From: Mytilus californianus
Lineage: Eukaryota
Direction: 5' to 3'
DNA: 64,000 nt
Assembly (NCBI RefSeq): GCF_021869535.1
Contig: NW_026262581.1
Coordinates: 5,022,001 to 5,086,000, forward strand
A program made the translations under genes and the position numbers. The stretch's first letter is position 1. Every line of letters starts with the position of its first letter. Shown piece by piece: positions 59,445 through 64,000 of this stretch. Under the pieces are notes generated by a model that was given only the letters and a program-made list of their open reading frames with translations, did not search any database and had not been told where the DNA came from.

Positions 59445-62400
59445 CTTTAAAATAAAAAATTGTAAATTTCAAAATTTGATCATACCGTACGATCTTGTAG
59501 AATGTCTAATTGACATACTTGTTGAAATAATTATATCAACGTTTGTTGTTTTATTAATCATGTAAAATATCACCATAATATTCCTTTAGTACTTGGTACT
59601 TATTTTGCCAACTATTTCTCGATTACTTAAACACTGTATACAAGAGAGTTGAATGATTACAGAAACAATTACTGCAAGACTTCACGTCGAAGAAATTTAA
59701 ATGAGAAAAATGGTTTTGATGTCCCCTATATTAACAGGACTTCCAATACCTTTTTTTTAAATGGAGGTATGTATAAAATAATACTCCTGAAAATACGCGT
59801 GCTTTAACATAGGCAATTAATATATTATTTGCACTCATTTAACCAATGGCATTAAATGACTTTGTGAACAACATCTAGATATACAATATCTACCCATAAG
59901 TTAACGCTACTAGTCTAGAGGCTTTGCCTTACAGTGCTGGATAAAACTAGTGATATATGTTTTGAAAACAGAAATTATGACAAATCAGATTAATGTTTAT
60001 CCGTTTCAGATCCCGAAACGTAAGAAAACCTTTTATGGCCCTCTACAAAAAGATTAATTGGTTGGTAGTTGTTTAAATATTTAACTATTTCATAACATCA
60101 AACGGGTAGAATTTTACTGCAACTGATGCGCTTTTGACGAATAATTTCTCTTCAGTGATGCTTGGGCCCAAGTTCAGTTGTCTATCTAAAGCCTAATACA
60201 CAAACTAATTACAACCAGTGACAGGGCACTCAGTTGTTACAATTACATGATGCCTTCTTAAAAGTCATTTTGTCAACTTACCTATTGTAGCTGTGCCACA
60301 ATCATGTCTTGGAATCATAATATCTGTAATCTTATCCCACATGTCGTCCTCCTCGTTGTAACAATACACACTGGAAAGACTCGTGACAGCTGACGACGTA
60401 TCTGACATATTGGATCCTCCGATCAAATAAAGCTTGTCTTCGACAACTACTAAATTTGCATGACAGCATGGAGTAGGCAATGGGTCTTTTACTGTCCAAC
60501 TATAAAACAGTCAAGGTTTTTTCATTATGTAGTGCATAAATACATACAGAAATTTAGAGATGTAGAAGGAATCTCCGACCAAATTGTAGAAGATTTTAGT
60601 ACTATTGCTTTCATGACGCCATGCTTCATTTTTTTTAATCTTAAAATGTACTTACATGACGATTTCATAAGGTGTGAATTGTAATTTAGGAACCGGATAC
60701 TGCATTCTACGGACACCGCACTTGTTTTAATATTGCCTTAATCAACGAAAAAAGTAAAATTGGCAGATTGACAATTGTGTTTCGAGAGTCGGACCCTTTG
60801 GTATCCCAAATAAGTCTGGACTACCTTTTTTTGAAATGGAATCCCCATAAAATCCCCCTTACAATAATTTGATCTGATTGTGACAGAGAACTTCATCAGC
60901 ACCCTTTCATAACACCTTATCACTATAGGCTAAGGGAGTCGTGAAACATTTTCATGTTAAGTTGGTCCAACCGTTGGGTCGATTTCCTTTTTTCTTTACT
61001 ACAGATAGATTTTTTCATTGAAGTAAAAAATGTCGTCAATTTGTTACGGAAATATTCTAAACATGATAAAGCTTTGCTTAAATAACAGAAAAAAAGAAAA
61101 AAAATAATATATGAAAAAATAACATGTGTCGAAAATAACTGAACTATATTAATTTGAATATATTATTTCAGTACAGGTAGGGTATATGGCCAATGAGCCA
61201 CAAACCCAACAACAAAACAAAACAGACGTCGGCATTACGTTTTTCCCGCTGATCATTATTGATTATACGAATGAAACGAAAAGAGGAGAAATGACCATGT
61301 CTCTTGTGTAGGCAAATAAAATCACATTATGGCACATGAGTGTCTATTCGTTATACATTAAAGAAAACTCGGTTGTTTGGATCCCTTCCAATCACGTATC
61401 CATATTATCGCTGTTAAATAATAATAATCTCTAAAAAGATATCATTAATGTCATGTCTTTTTTAAAACTAAATTACTTAATATAGAAGTCAATTCAAGTC
61501 GAATTCAAACATTATCTGATGCATTTTGTAAAAAAAAATTAAGTGTTAACTATCATATCGAATGTGACAGAAATAATCTTGACAACTTGAATACAATCTG
61601 TTGGGTTGTAATTCAGTCTTTTTTCTGGACTTTGTTAGTGGTATAATTATACACGATAGTAACTATGATGATCTTTACGTCTACAGATAACGCATTAACA
61701 TCATTGTGAAACATTTTTGCGTTAATGTAGGCTGAATTAAAAAGTCTGACATTATAAAAGATTTTAAAATGGACACACGTTGTTTTTGAAAAATAAGTAC
61801 TTATATAACGATTTCGTCAACATATGGTATGAAAATGCCATTTTTTAGCCTCTGCTTTTGGACTCCTTACATATGTCTAAATTTGCCTAAATCGGTGTGT
61901 AAAATGAACATTTTAGGTAAAATATGTTAAATTCAACATGTCTACGATATCACAGTCGCATAACAACTGACTTTTAACAAAAATATTGTCAAGATTATAA
62001 TATTATATTGATGGAAAAATGCATGCATTAATCTGTAAGTATCCTGCAGTTAGCGTTTTTTTTTCTAAATAGAAATAGATTCATTGTCACCCAGTATCGA
62101 GTTTCTACTGTGAGCGAAAGATTCAAAATACTAATCACGCCAGTTCTTTTGGTGTTCTCTTTGTCGCCGTCCAAAAAGTGAAGCAATGTCGATTTGTATA
62201 CAAAGAGACAACAGGTGATTTATAAACTTTGACATAAACAGTGAATAATTAATTCCAGAATATAAACAATGTGCGTACTATGTTGGGAAATAAAATATTT
62301 ATACTTGCTTGGAACCAAGAAAAAAGCACAACGTTGTTTTCAGTTCTGTTTTTATATATATTCGAACACAGTACGTATATAGTGTATCAACTTACTTATT

Positions 62401-62980
62401 TGTCCTTGGATTATAACACTCGACAGTATCAAGAACGATTTTATCGTTCATTGACTCATAGAAGCCGCCAACGACGTACAGTAATCCATGGTAGCCAGCT
62501 GTAGCCATGCCAATCTTTGCTTCTGTCATACTTTCTGTAAATCCCCAAGTATCGGTATCAGGATTGTAATATTCAACTGAATTCAGAGACCTGTTAAGAA
62601 TAAATGCATATGTAGTCGTAGTTACCTTCTAGAATATACATCATTCACAGGGTTTATAAATATGCCTAAAAAGCATAGTATCACATATGATTGGTTTTGT
62701 TTTGAATTATATCAAATTAAAATTCTTAACTTATTACTAGATACCATTTCGAGCGTGAATAAAATTACTGGAATTTCTCTGGACGCTTTTTACCTTCCGT
62801 CCATATTGTGTCCTCCCACTGCATAAAGAACACCCTCTAGTACTGCCAGTCCATGGTACATTCTTGCTGTTCTCAAAGAAGATGTACGTGTCCAGTAATT
62901 TCCCTCAGGGCAAAACCGGAAGCACGTGTCTGTAGGATTAGCAAGGTTCTCTTGTTCATCGGGTAGTATAATGGAACCAG
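59278..62980 (-). CDS. Kelch-repeat protein (KLHL-like), last four exons; 5' part not identified and probably outside the window
   Basis: Exons 62980-62794, 62590-62396, 60499-60282, 59444-59278 with matching phases (2, 2, 1) and GT-AG ends; kelch motifs LYAVGG..S.E.Y.P..DTW, LYVVGG..VECYNP.TNNW, LYLIGG..Y.....W, IYIIGG; TAA at 59278-59280. Confidence 0.92.
60119..60161 (-). ncRNA. Inactivated hammerhead-like remnant
   Basis: Sense reads GCATCA CTGAAGA GA AATTATTCG TC AAAA GCGC ATC AGTTGC; GAAA is lost and helix I is mismatched. Confidence 0.45.
60282..60499 (-). CDS. Kelch exon (WTVKDPLPTPCCHA...LYLIGG...PRHDCGTATI)
   Basis: TTTTATAG acceptor, GTAAGT donor, 218 nt. Confidence 0.92.
62396..62590 (-). 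CDS. Kelch exon (SLNSVEYYNPDTDTW...LYVVGG...VECYNPRTN)
   Basis: TTAACAG acceptor, GTAAGT donor, 195 nt; absent from the ORF track. Confidence 0.92.
62794..62980 (-). CDS. Kelch exon (GSIILPDEQ...CFRFCPEGNYW...ARMYHGLAVLEGVLYAVGGHNMDG)
   Basis: TTTAG acceptor, AG|GTAAAA donor, 187 nt; absent from the ORF track. Confidence 0.88.
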
Positions 62981-63750
62981 CTAAACACCACCGAAAAAAG
63001 ATAGCATTTCTGATTTTTTTTATCTCAATAGATATGCCTCAAAATTTATAAACATTTAAAATGGAAAAAAGAAACATTGAGGTACAGATACAAAAATTCT
63101 GAACAACTCGACGAATTTATTTGAATCGTTTGAATGTCTGTACAAAGTTACTCCACATTTTAAAGTATTTCATTAGAGCAGAAATTGGTAATAATTTTGA
63201 CATGTTGCAAGATATAAATAAGGACCCTGACACCATGTTGTTTTATTGTCTGGAAGAAGAACAGTTATTTCTTTTTATTCCACAGAAGAAATATGGTATT
63301 CACCGTTCTAAACGTCGCGTGCTTTTACAAATATAACGTTATGGTAAAATGTTTGACGTTCCTTTGGTTTTAATAGATAATTGTCATTAAAAGTACATTG
63401 TTTTTTTCTCCATGAATATTGAATAAATCAAATAATGTCTTTTGTTGCGGTAAACATTCAGTATGATAAATTAAATAAACAAAACCTAGATGAGACGGGA
63501 AATAGAGTAGATCCTTACCCTTTGAAATACCTTTGTCAACCTCGGTTTTGTGTAACGGTATTTAGTATATCATTAGTAATTAGTCTTCAATCTTATAATC
63601 ATAAATTAACTGTTAATAAAACTTTGAGTTTTCCGAAATACTAAGGATTTTATATCACAGGGCTGTATTTGGTAAAACCTTTCGGAATTTTGGGTCCTCA
63701 ATGCGCCCCAACTTCGTACTTTATTTTGCCTTTTTAACTTTTTGATTCGA

Positions 63751-63794
63751 GCGTCACTGATGAGTCATTTGTAGACGAAACGCGCGTCTGGCGT
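63751..63794 (+). ncRNA. Intact minimal type-I hammerhead ribozyme within a retroelement-like repeat (about 63615-63830)
   Basis: Helix I GCGTCA/TGGCGT, CTGATGA core, helix II GTC/GAC, GAAA, 2-bp helix III with palindrome ACGCGCGT, GTC cleavage triplet (cut after 63788). Confidence 0.88.
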
Positions 63795-64000
63795 ACAAAA
63801 TTTTTAAAACCTTGGTATCTATGACGAGTTAATAATACATGGAAATCTTTTCGTCTAAAAGATCATAATTTTGTATTACATTTAATTTAGATAAACTATT
63901 GTAGAATGAATAATGTAAATGCTCTTTGAAAAGTACTTTTTTCATCTTACCAACAACATAGATATAGCCGTCTAGTATAGCAGTGCCAAGATGGTGCCTT

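Overview
AT-rich, intron-containing animal DNA. The repeat families resemble those of a bivalve mollusc, probably a mytilid mussel; this is inferred, not proven. I found no rRNA, tRNA or CRISPR features. Four protein-coding genes can be spliced by hand. (1) + strand, 6624-21377: a modular, probably extracellular protein with 8 thrombospondin type-1 (TSP1) repeats followed by 3 chitin-binding type-2 (peritrophin-A) domains. Each domain sits on its own exon opening in phase 1, the TSP1 exons show duplications of different ages, and the 5' end was not found. (2) - strand, about 24929-28825: a RING-C-half plus coiled-coil protein with a GC-AG intron. (3) + strand, 33137-41966: a two-exon rolling-stone-like membrane protein (283 aa). 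Its 8-kb intron holds a ~3-kb foldback-like inverted repeat that ends about 50 nt before a duplicated splice acceptor. (4) - strand, 59278-62980 and continuing upstream: the 3' four exons of a kelch-repeat protein. The rest is dense in mobile-element debris: decayed CR1-like and RTE-X-like LINEs, at least three Penelope-like (Naiad-type) families, minimal hammerhead ribozymes (one intact), a Helitron with both ends, two HINE/pearl-like elements, a Harbinger-like MITE and small hairpin MITEs. There are also 36-bp and 55-bp minisatellites and a 73-bp satellite with an 8-mer (586-bp) higher-order repeat. All alignments and structures were done by eye; none were computed or searched.
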